A model generated the notes under the pieces. It worked only from the letters and a program-made list of their open reading frames with translations, was not told where the DNA came from and did not search any database. A DNA stretch of 22,368 nucleotides from an uncultured archaeon. Lineage in GTDB: Archaea > Thermoproteota > Bathyarchaeia > Bathyarchaeales > Bathycorpusculaceae. The translations under genes and the position numbers were made by a program. Shown here one piece after another: positions 7,853 through 16,008 of the stretch. The stretch's first letter is position 1. Every line of letters starts with the position of its first letter. The stretch is taken from contig CAWENF010000016.1 in NCBI GenBank assembly GCA_963810275.1, forward strand, positions 1 through 22,368, written 5' to 3'.

Positions 7853-7892
7853 AGCGCAAAAACTATGTTTGGGGGATGCTTTTGTATACGGC
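7853..7892 (-). repeat. 28-bp element, copy 6
   Basis: Reverse complement reads GCC-GTATACAAAAGCATC(core 7875-7889)-CCCC-AAACATAGT-TTTTGCGCT. Confidence 0.95.
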
Positions 7893-7941
7893 ACGATAGG
7901 CTTATCTTTAAAAAAGGCTAATCAGTACGTGGAGGCTTACC

Positions 7942-9468
7942 ATGACAAAACTTAATCAACCGATAAACAGCCGTGAAATGCGTGCCTTAGAAGTCAACGC
8001 CGAATACTTCGGCTTTAGCCTGTTGCAATTAATGGAGATGGCTGGTATGAGCATCGCCAGAGAAATCACGGCTCGATTCAGCCCCGACAAGAACGTTATT
8101 TTCTTCTGTGGGTTAGGCGGAAACGGCGGGGATGGTTTTGTGGCGGCGCGTCACCTTCTATCTGAAGGATTTGGTGTGACTGTTGTCTTGGTTGGCCGAG
8201 GACGTGACGTAAATCATGAATCCGCCTCCAAAAACTGGCATATTTTACAATCGATTAAAGCTAAATTGACCATCGTAGAGGTCACCGACAGCTCGGCAAT
8301 TCCACTGATGAAAGCCGATGTCGTCGTGGACGCATTATTGGGCACGGGTTCTAGAGGCAAACTCAAAGCTCCCGTAAGCAAAGTCGTCGAAGCCATAAAC
8401 GCCATGGGCGGCTTCAAAGTTGCCGTGGACGTCCCAACAGGTATCGACTCTGACTCTGGCGAAGTTTTGGGAATGGCTGTTAAGGCGGATTTGACCGTGA
8501 CTTTCCATCGAGCTAAAACTGGTTTGGAGAAGGCTAAAACCTATGCTGGGGAGATTGTTGTGGCACCGATTGGGTTACCCGCTGAGTTGGAGCGGTTTGT
8601 GGGTCCCGGCGACGTGCAGTTTGCTGCTAAACCCCGTAGCTCCACGGGGCATAAGGGCGACTTTGGGCGGCTTCTGGTCATAGGTGGCAGCGAAGTCTAT
8701 TCAGGAGCTCCTGCACTGGTTTCGTTGGCGGCTATGCGCACGGGTGTAGACCTTGTATATTTGGCATCACCTCAGTTGAATGCATACGAGATTTCCTCTA
8801 TAAGTCCAGACATGATAACCATAAAACTCGAAGGAAGAAACCTCAGTCTCAAAAACCTCGAAACGCTTAAGCCCTACATAAAAAACGTTGACGTTGTCGC
8901 TATAGGGTCTGGCTTGGGCTTGAATGCTGAAACTGAAAAGTTCGTGGAAGCATGCGTAATCGAAGTTGAACGTGCGGGCAAGCCGCTGCTTCTGGATGCG
9001 GATGGTTTGAAAGCTTTCTCGAAGTTCAAGCGTGCGTTGAAAGTTCCGCTGGTTTTGACGCCACATACAGGAGAATATGTAATACTGACAGGCAAAGCGC
9101 TCCCTGAAGTTTTAGAAAACAAAATCGAGGTAATCCAGAAAAACGCCAAGAAACTAAACGCAACTATCCTTGTTAAAGGAAAAACCGACATAATCTGCGA
9201 TTCAAAACGAGCGAAGCTTAATTTCACTGGTAACCCGGGTATGACTGTGGGCGGTACAGGGGATGTTTTAAGCGGCGTCGTGGCTGGATTGATGGCACAG
9301 CATGCTTCGCCCTTTGAGGCAGCTGTTGCGGGGGCGTTTGTGAACGGAGCTGCGGGCGACTTTGTTGCGTCCGAAATCGGCTACCACATGGTTGCAACTG
9401 ACCTCATTAATTGGATTCCGCAGGTGCTGGCTGACCCGATAAGTCACTTAAAGGTGAAACAGCTATAG
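7942..9468 (+). CDS. nnr: Bifunctional NAD(P)H-hydrate epimerase/dehydratase (YjeF_N + carbohydrate kinase-like)
   Basis: Motifs LMEMAG, CGLGGNGGDG, DALLGTG, AVDVPTG, HKGDFG, GGS..YSGA, LDADG, LTPH.GE and GGTGDVLSG. SD GGAGG. Confidence 0.96.
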   Translation: MTKLNQPINSREMRALEVNAEYFGFSLLQLMEMAGMSIAREITARFSPDKNVIFFCGLGGNGGDGFVAARHLLSEGFGVTVVLVGRGRDVNHESASKNWHILQSIKAKLTIVEVTDSSAIPLMKADVVVDALLGTGSRGKLKAPVSKVVEAINAMGGFKVAVDVPTGIDSDSGEVLGMAVKADLTVTFHRAKTGLEKAKTYAGEIVVAPIGLPAELERFVGPGDVQFAAKPRSSTGHKGDFGRLLVIGGSEVYSGAPALVSLAAMRTGVDLVYLASPQLNAYEISSISPDMITIKLEGRNLSLKNLETLKPYIKNVDVVAIGSGLGLNAETEKFVEACVIEVERAGKPLLLDADGLKAFSKFKRALKVPLVLTPHTGEYVILTGKALPEVLENKIEVIQKNAKKLNATILVKGKTDIICDSKRAKLNFTGNPGMTVGGTGDVLSGVVAGLMAQHASPFEAAVAGAFVNGAAGDFVASEIGYHMVATDLINWIPQVLADPISHLKVKQL

Positions 9469-9500
9469 AAGAAAACTCCTTAGCTGAACCTAACCCGCAG

Positions 9501-10019
9501 TTGCCTGTTAGGATAACAATTTACCATGCTGCACAGGATGACCCTAAAAAGAACACGGCGCTTCGCCTCAAACGCAGGGGCTTAGCACGTATTGTCTCCA
9601 AAGTACGGTTCCTCCCAAAGCGCGCCATAGTCTTAAATCCGTTTAGCGAAATAGCGTTTTCACCAGCTGATCATGAGCGGCTTGAGCAGTTTGGGATTGC
9701 AGCGTTGGATTGCAGTTGGGAACACGCTCAGAAAGTCATGGGAGAACATGTGCGTGGAACCAGCCGCTGCCTGCCCGTACTCATAGCAGGCAATCCCGTG
9801 AATTATGGGAAACTAACGAAGCTCTCGACGGTGGAAGCAATTGCAGCAGCGCTATACATTGGCGGTTTTTCAGACGAAGCGCATACGATTTTGGATATTT
9901 TTCCATGGGGACACACGTTTTTTGAGATAAACCAAACGTTACTAGATAGTTATACTCAGGCTATGAATAGCGCTGAGATTGTGGAGATACAGAAACGGCT
10001 GCTTAACGTTAAAAAGTAA
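9501..10019 (+). CDS. tsr3: 16S rRNA aminocarboxypropyltransferase Tsr3 (DUF367)
   Basis: Motifs QDDPKKNTA, LDCSW, R.LP.LIAGNPVNYGK..KLST.EA.AAALYI and F.WGHTF. Confidence 0.95.
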   Translation: MPVRITIYHAAQDDPKKNTALRLKRRGLARIVSKVRFLPKRAIVLNPFSEIAFSPADHERLEQFGIAALDCSWEHAQKVMGEHVRGTSRCLPVLIAGNPVNYGKLTKLSTVEAIAAALYIGGFSDEAHTILDIFPWGHTFFEINQTLLDSYTQAMNSAEIVEIQKRLLNVKK

Positions 10020-10080
10020 GCTTATTGTTCTGGCTGGGTGGTTGCATAGTTAATTAAACATGCAGCGTAAAAGGTTAGAT

Positions 10081-10635
10081 ATGGAATTTAAAATCGTAAA
10101 CGCAACCCTGCAACTGGTAAAAGACGACATAACCAAAATCGAAGCTGATGCTATCGTTAACGCCGCTAACTCAATGCTGCTGGGTGGTTCCGGAGTAGAC
10201 GGTGCCATTCACGCTAAGGGTGGACCCCAAATACTCGAAGAATGTAAACGTCTACGCAATACACAGTGGCCTGACGGTTTGCCAACGGGTAACGCAGCAA
10301 TGACTAACGCGGGAAAATTGAAAGCCAAAAAAGTCATTCACACCGTTGGACCGATATGGCGGGGTGGCGTTCAAGAAGAGCCCAAACTGCTGCGTCGGGC
10401 TTACTGGAACACACTTAAACTTGCCTCAAACAATGGGCTGAAGTCAGTGGCATTTCCATCCATCAGCACAGGTGCATATAATTATCCAACTGATCAAGCC
10501 AGTCAAATCGCGGTAACAGCCATAAAGGATTTCTTGGAAAAAGACGAGAAAATTGAAAAAGTGATTTTGGTGTTGTTTTCGCAGCGGGATTTCGACATTT
10601 ACGCGAAATCCGCAAAGAAGATACTCAAAGCTTAG
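10081..10635 (+). CDS. Macrodomain protein (O-acetyl-ADP-ribose deacetylase, YmdB/MacroD-like)
   Basis: Motifs DIT...DAIVNAAN, GGSGVDGAIH, VIHTVGP and AFPSISTG.Y. Start is 10060 or 10081. Confidence 0.93.
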   Translation: MEFKIVNATLQLVKDDITKIEADAIVNAANSMLLGGSGVDGAIHAKGGPQILEECKRLRNTQWPDGLPTGNAAMTNAGKLKAKKVIHTVGPIWRGGVQEEPKLLRRAYWNTLKLASNNGLKSVAFPSISTGAYNYPTDQASQIAVTAIKDFLEKDEKIEKVILVLFSQRDFDIYAKSAKKILKA

Positions 10636-10886
10636 GGTACTTCGGAGATTTCCATAATTGATGCTACTGGAACGTCAAGCTGTTCTTGAACCACTTCGAG
10701 CACCGTATCTTGGCTAGGTCCCTCTATGATAAAAGCCGCTCGATTTTCTTGGCTGCAGCAGTAGCAGGCTGTTGCTTCGACGTCTTTGATTTTTCCTTTA
10801 GCGAGATTTTTGGCGACACCTTCAGCACAGCTCTGTGCGTTTTTTTCTGATTTTAGAATTGCGGATTGAACTAAATATTTAGGCAA
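10632..10886 (-). CDS. Small Cys-containing protein, possibly DUF4242/DUF3303-like ferredoxin fold
   Basis: Pattern MPKYLV...CYCC......FIIEGPS..........I.EI. SD AGGAGA overlaps the upstream stop. The family call is tentative. Confidence 0.6.
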   Translation of the reverse strand: MPKYLVQSAILKSEKNAQSCAEGVAKNLAKGKIKDVEATACYCCSQENRAAFIIEGPSQDTVLEVVQEQLDVPVASIMEISEVP

Positions 10887-10898
10887 TGATATTGTCTC

Positions 10899-11196
10899 CT
10901 ATACGATGGTTAATGTTAGGGTTGATTTGATGCTGTTTAGACAACGGATTCTTTTAATGACGTCTTCACGTAGATTCTCAATGGATTCTGCAGGTTACCT
11001 TGGCGACGAGATCGTAAGCGCCTCGAGCATGGTATACCTCTTGGACTTCTCTTATGCTTTGCAGTTCCCTAAACGCCATATCGCAGCAATCAGGTTCTGC
11101 AGTGATAAATAAAAATGCGCTTCGTTTGATCTGTTGGTTTTGCTGAGCGCTGGATGTGCTTATTTGTTTTTGCCTGGGAATTAGGATTGTTTCCAA
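10899..11196 (-). CDS. Lrp/AsnC ligand-binding (RAM) domain protein, frameshifted
   Basis: AFLFITAEP...L.SI.EV.EVY...GAYDLVAKV continues after one extra base (~10993) as AESIENLREDVIKRIRCLNSIKSTLTLTIV* (stop 10899-10901). Confidence 0.85.
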
Positions 11197-11342
11197 AACG
11201 TGTTTCTCCTTTTGTTAATGTTGGGGTTTATTGGTATTAAAGACGCGTTGCTGTCTTGATACAACCACAAATAGAAATCCAAAAGTTAAGCGAAAGAAAG
11301 GGAGAAATCGCCTGACAAAGAGGTCAAGCGTTTATCAAAATT

Positions 11343-11880
11343 TTAGATGTCATCGGGAGTTTTGTATTTGACCAGCGAGAAAACCTCGTGCTGTATTGCC
11401 TAAGAACTTTCTGCCGCCCAAATAATCCAGCTCGATGAGGAATCCGAGGCCTGCGACTTTGCCTCCCAATTGCTCCACAAGTTCAATGTTGGCTTTGGCC
11501 GTTCCGCCTGTAGCCAGCAAATCGTCAACGATTAGTACATTTTGGCCTTTTGTGATGGAGTCTTCGTGGATTTGGATGCAGTCGGTGCTGTACTCAGTTT
11601 TGTACTCAAAGTCAAAGCACTTGTAGGGAAGTTTGCCCTTTTTGCGGATGGGCACAAAGGCGACACCCAGCTCGTAGGCTAAAGGGGCGCCGACGATGAA
11701 GCCCCGGGCTTCGTTTGAGACAATTACATCGATTTTTTTGCATTGATAATGGTTGGCTAGTTGTTTGATGGTTTCTTTGTATGCAGCGGGGTCTTTTAGC
11801 AGGGTGGTTATGTCCCAGAATACGACGCCTTTAAATTCAGGGATTCGACGTATTTTGTTTTTAAGATTCATTTCAGACAT
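11343..11880 (-). CDS. apt: Adenine phosphoribosyltransferase (C-terminal frameshift)
   Basis: Motifs F.DITTLL, EARGF, PIRKKGKLP and IVDDLLATGGT. Removing one base near 11394 restores the canonical end HEVFSLVKY...* (stop 11343-11345). Confidence 0.93.
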
Positions 11881-11895
11881 TTTTCTCTCTCCAGA

Positions 11896-12687
11896 CTAAG
11901 CGAATGCGCCCATCAGTGCGCTGTTGCATTTACAGCCGCATGTGACGGGAGTTTTTTTGATTGTTTCTGCTATAATGCGTTTGACATTTTCACCATTGGT
12001 TTTCATGATGGCAACGATGTCATCAACGCAGACGTTGTGGTCTTTCCAACAATCATAGTCGGTGACAGTTGAGATGTTGGTATAGCAGATCTCTGCTTCT
12101 CGTGCCAGCACGACTTCGGGAACCATTGTCATGCCGATGATGTCTGCGCCCCACTTCTGGTACATGCGCGACTCAGCTTTCGTACTAAAGCGAGGGCCTT
12201 CTATACAGACGTAGGTACCTGTTTCATGCATTTTAATGCCCAATCTCTTGGCGACATCCACGACGGTTTGGTGAAGCTCTGGGCACATGGGGTCTGCCGG
12301 GGATATGTGGCACACTTTGCCCTCGTCTAAGGTGTAGAATGATTGTTCGCGACGTGTGGTTCGGTCGATGAATTGGTCGCAGAACACGATCTCACCCGGT
12401 GCATAGTCCTCGCGAAGCGACCCTACCGTTGATGCAGCGAGGATACGCCGTATGCCGAGGCGTTTTAACGCCCAGATGTTGGCTCTTTGGTTTAGGTCTG
12501 TTGGGCGTATGGTGTGAAGTTTGCCATGTCTTGGCAGAAACGCAACTGTTCGCCCGTTTAGTTCGCCGATTGTGAAAGCGTCCGAGGGCTTGCCGTAAGG
12601 GGTGTCTATGGTAATTTCCTGAATGTTCTTGAGAAGGTTAGGGTCATAAAGACCTGTTCCTCCGATAACTCCAAATTCTACTTGCAT
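11896..12687 (-). CDS. mtaP: S-methyl-5'-thioadenosine phosphorylase
   Basis: Motifs GVIGGTG, TPYG.PS, LPRHG..H, VGSL, DQFID.T, EGPRFST.AES, GMT..PE..LAREA and VTDYDCW. Confidence 0.95.
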   Translation of the reverse strand: MQVEFGVIGGTGLYDPNLLKNIQEITIDTPYGKPSDAFTIGELNGRTVAFLPRHGKLHTIRPTDLNQRANIWALKRLGIRRILAASTVGSLREDYAPGEIVFCDQFIDRTTRREQSFYTLDEGKVCHISPADPMCPELHQTVVDVAKRLGIKMHETGTYVCIEGPRFSTKAESRMYQKWGADIIGMTMVPEVVLAREAEICYTNISTVTDYDCWKDHNVCVDDIVAIMKTNGENVKRIIAETIKKTPVTCGCKCNSALMGAFA

Positions 12688-13234
12688 AAATGGTAAAAGG
12701 CGAGCGTTTGGCTTATAAAAATACCGCCATATCCGTTTTTCTAATTTAAGGTGCTGGAGCGCCCTTTTTATGCATTTTCTTCTTAAAGCCAGTATATAGA
12801 GTCAGTTTTTGTGTTGGCGTTTGCAGGCGGTTGAGTGCTAATTGTGGCGGTTTATGCTATTACCTTATTTTATTCTAATTGCGTCACAAAGGTGCTGTAA
12901 CAAACAAGCGTCGGATGCTGGAGTGCCATTCGTAGACCAGCGTAGATAAACATCTTTTCCGCTGGAACTTTCCAGCCTACCCTTTAGCAATCTTTGAGTT
13001 TAGTGTACGTCTCACATAACGAAAATTTTAGGCATCAGCTTACTTTGCTGTCCGCAGGTTTATTCATAATTTAAGTTCTATTGTTCGAGGTATCATCCTT
13101 TCCTAATAATTAACGATTTTATACCATCAGTATTCAGCTGAAATGATCCTCATTTGCATTTATTGCAAATTTTGAAATTCTGGTTTCTAAAAAAATGAGT
13201 TTTGTTTTTACATTGATCGTGAAGAAAAAAGGAA

Positions 13235-14462
13235 TTATGCGTTGCTAATCATGACTGCAACAGTCTGAGTTTGTCCGTTGCGTACAACTGTGAAGTCCAC
13301 GGTTTGACCCGGCAAAGTGTTGCGTTCAAGGTAAGATAGTAAGTCATCTGTGTTTGCGATGCGTACCTTGCCTACACCGATTATAATGTCTCCACCTATG
13401 ACTACGTTTTGGTTTAAGACTGCCACGGTTTGTGTGCCGCCCTGCAAACCATTTGACGCATCGACTTTTTCGATTAGGACACCGTAGCTTACGGGCGTGC
13501 CCATGGATTGGGCGATGGGGTAGTTCATATCGATGCCTTGTGCGTTTATAGATGGGTGTTTGTCGTATCTGCCTGTGGTGACAAGCGAGTTAATTTCGCG
13601 AATTATAGTTGCGGAGGGAATAGCGAAGCCCAATCCTTGGGAGTCTGCGATGCCTGCGGTGGTTATGCCGACTACTTGCCCTGCGTAGTTGAGTAAGAGG
13701 TCCGCCTGAATTTCCGGGGTTGATGGCTGTGCTTGTCTGTATGGTATCGGGGATTAAAACGCCGTTTTCTGAGTCGTCCTCACTAATGGTTCTGCCTAGA
13801 GCACTGACAACGCCTGTAGTTAAGGTGCCAGCTAATCCATATGGGGAACCTACTGCAACTACGGGGTCGCCAACCGTCAAAGTCAAAGAATTGACCATGC
13901 TTAACGCCATTATTCCGTTTGGCATCTCTGGGACCGATAAAACCGCAAGGTCTGCTTTGGCGTCCTGCCCCACAACCGACGCTGGCAGGCAAATACCATC
14001 AGCAAACGTCACCGTCACGTTTATGGTTCCTTCAATTACGTGATTGTTGGTTACGACGACTTTTTCGCCGTTGACCTGTACCAGAAAACCTGAACCCTGC
14101 TGCAGGGTATAGACGCGTTGGCCAAAGAATGTATAGCCAGGCGAAAGGTCTTGAACAACTACTACAGATCCTTTAACGTATTCATATAGGTCGGCGAGGG
14201 AGACATTCTCTTTTAACACGTACGTTTGTGTATCTCCTGAGAAGCTACCTTGGTAGAAGCCAAGCTGAGCCTGCAAATTGTCAAGTTTGCTGTTGAATTG
14301 GGTGTAGGTTACGGTGTAGCCGATTATTCCTCCTGCAAGCAAACCAACAAGTAGTAGCGCGAACAAAACGGTTAGGGAGCGCTTCTTTTTGGGCGTCGGC
14401 GGCGGAGGACATGTTGGAAAAGAAATTATTGGCTTGGATTCATTTTCTGGGCTTGACTCCAT
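13235..14462 (-). CDS. htrA: Membrane-anchored HtrA/DegP-like trypsin serine protease with PDZ domain, frameshifted
   Basis: N-terminal TM helix, then GSGF, TNNHV, DLAVL and AINPGNSGGPL. One extra base at ~13695; the shifted frame reads LNYAGQVVGITTAGIADSQGLGFAIPS into the PDZ ORF 13235-13633. Confidence 0.9.
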
Positions 14463-14473
14463 ATCTTACACCT

Positions 14474-14818
14474 TCATGTCGAGAATAGCTCGTATATTAC
14501 GCTAAGGGACTTATTGCAGGCGCTGCATACTTCATCGTAGATTTTGATGGCGCCTCCGCGATGTGGGCACTTGCTGTTTTCCTTCGCCAAATGCAACCCT
14601 GTTCTTTCTTTTATGATTTTGCTGTTTTTTAATAGCAACATGCATCCCGTATGATTAGCAGATTGCCAATTATTCTGTTGATTACTTCCTGATTTGCCAT
14701 TAATCCTGCAGGTATAGAAACAATTATTGACAGATAAAACGAACAATGAAATGCCAAAAAGTGAAGGATGAACTTTTCGTCTTGAAATATTTGGTACTGC
14801 AAGACTAAGTATTCCCAT
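14474..14818 (-). pseudogene. Fused remnants: ABC permease (MacB/FtsX) N-terminus and a zinc-ribbon C-terminus
   Basis: MGILSLAVPNISRRKV.../SIIVSIPAGLMANQE over two frames resembles the 'A.rNl.RrK.R..L' permease start. KCPHRGGAIKIYDEVCSAC resembles a CPxCG..CxxC ribbon with one Cys lost. Confidence 0.5.
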
Positions 14819-14967
14819 GTAAACACCTAATAACTTTTAACGATCAACCAAGAAGGGATAAGAGGGTTATTTGGGCAGTTTGGAGGCGTTTGGCGCCGTT
14901 TTCACATCCCTTCATGGTTGTCTATTCATGCTGAGTCGATTTTTCTATTAAACGATTTTTCAATATT

Positions 14968-14988
14968 TTACCCAAATCTTACCCAATT
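14968..14988. promoter_or_regulatory. Tandem direct repeat TTACCCAAAT-C-TTACCCAATT, candidate operator
   Basis: 11-bp period, in the divergent intergenic region upstream of the wHTH regulator. Weaker TTTGG repeats with 10-bp period lie in the opposite orientation at 14869-14898. Confidence 0.45.
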
Positions 14989-15154
14989 CTAAACTGGCTG
15001 CTTGATAATTCATATGAACAATTAGAAAAAATATTAAGACTAATGAGTTGAGGCAGCTTAACATGCATTTTTGTGTGTTAAGAAACTTGAAAAGCGCACA
15101 TTTATTACTCTAAGCAAACAAACAGTGAAATCAATCTTGCACGGAGCAACAAAG

Positions 15155-15457
15155 TTGGCTGCAAATCTGCGTTCATTACGTTACCTGCTAGGCTGGTTAA
15201 TAGCTGGAACCAGAGGCGGCCCCACACGTGCAAAAATAATCATGGCGCTAAAAGAGTCTCCTCAAAACGCGAATCAACTTGCAACTTTGCTTGGCATGGA
15301 TTACAAGACGATGCGTCATCACCTTGAGGTTTTGGAAAAAAACAAAATGCTCACCTCTATTGGCGACCATTATGGTTCGACGTATTTTCTTTCGCAGGTT
15401 TTGGAGGACAACTACGAAATGTTTGAGGAGATGGCGAAGAAAATTGGGAAAAAGTAG
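15155..15457 (+). CDS. ArsR-like winged-helix transcriptional regulator
   Basis: WLIAGTRGGPTRAKII..L...P.NANQLA..L..DYKT.RHHL.VL is the archaeal ArsR/HTH_20 subfamily pattern. TTG 15155 is more plausible than 15071. Confidence 0.88.
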   Translation: MAANLRSLRYLLGWLIAGTRGGPTRAKIIMALKESPQNANQLATLLGMDYKTMRHHLEVLEKNKMLTSIGDHYGSTYFLSQVLEDNYEMFEEMAKKIGKK

Positions 15458-15487
15458 AAAAAGGATCACACAAAAAGGGGAAAAACA

Positions 15488-15919
15488 ATGAACAGAACAC
15501 ACACCATCTTGGTTCTTCTTGTCGTTTTATTAGGTCTATCTGCGTTGCTTGCAGTAATCATTACTTCATATCAAGAAAGCCATAACAATTTCTTTTTCGA
15601 CACACACATTTATCGCCCAAACACCGGCGACTTTGAACTCTACTACACCGCCCGAACCATACTTTCCACCATAAACATCGTGCTAACTGTTATTTTGATA
15701 TTCAACTATGCAAATATATACCATAAAACCAAATCTGAATTCACAGTAGGCTTGATGCTTTTTGCTGCGTTTTTCCTCATAAAAGACGTAGCGTGGAGTC
15801 CCTTTGTAATAGGTTTAGCTGGGTTCGGCACTTTTGGTTTGGGTCCTTTCGCGTTTTTGCCTGATCTCTTTGAGATGGCGGCGCTTCTGGTACTGTTTTA
15901 CTTAAGCGTAAAATATTAA
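15488..15919 (+). CDS. Hypothetical 4-TM membrane protein, co-transcribed with the wHTH regulator
   Basis: Four hydrophobic segments and a Y.KTKS.FT.GL motif. SD-like GGGGA upstream. Confidence 0.85.
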   Translation: MNRTHTILVLLVVLLGLSALLAVIITSYQESHNNFFFDTHIYRPNTGDFELYYTARTILSTINIVLTVILIFNYANIYHKTKSEFTVGLMLFAAFFLIKDVAWSPFVIGLAGFGTFGLGPFAFLPDLFEMAALLVLFYLSVKY

Positions 15920-16008
15920 CCTCTTTCATGATTGGTGGTTGGGATTGAATCTGGAAACCCTTTTGAACTTAAAGGTTCATTATCCGCCAAAGTGGTAAGA
16001 GAAAGATA

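Noticed and set aside
1091-7892. Six repeats as a CRISPR array or integron attC array
   Set aside because: Spacing is 0.3-2.2 kb with mixed orientations. There are no 30-45 bp spacers, cas or intI genes, or attC-type hairpins with RYYYAAC/GTTRRRY ends.
12955-12976. Mini-ORB-like GTTCCAGCGGAAA (minus strand) overlapping the palindrome GCTGGAA-CT-TTCCAGC
   Set aside because: Single copy, no G-string, and no partner ORB or cdc6 nearby.
13235-13633. Separate PDZ-only gene or programmed frameshift in htrA
   Set aside because: It is the continuation of the protease after a one-base insertion. There is no slippery site, and two similar insertions nearby point to error.
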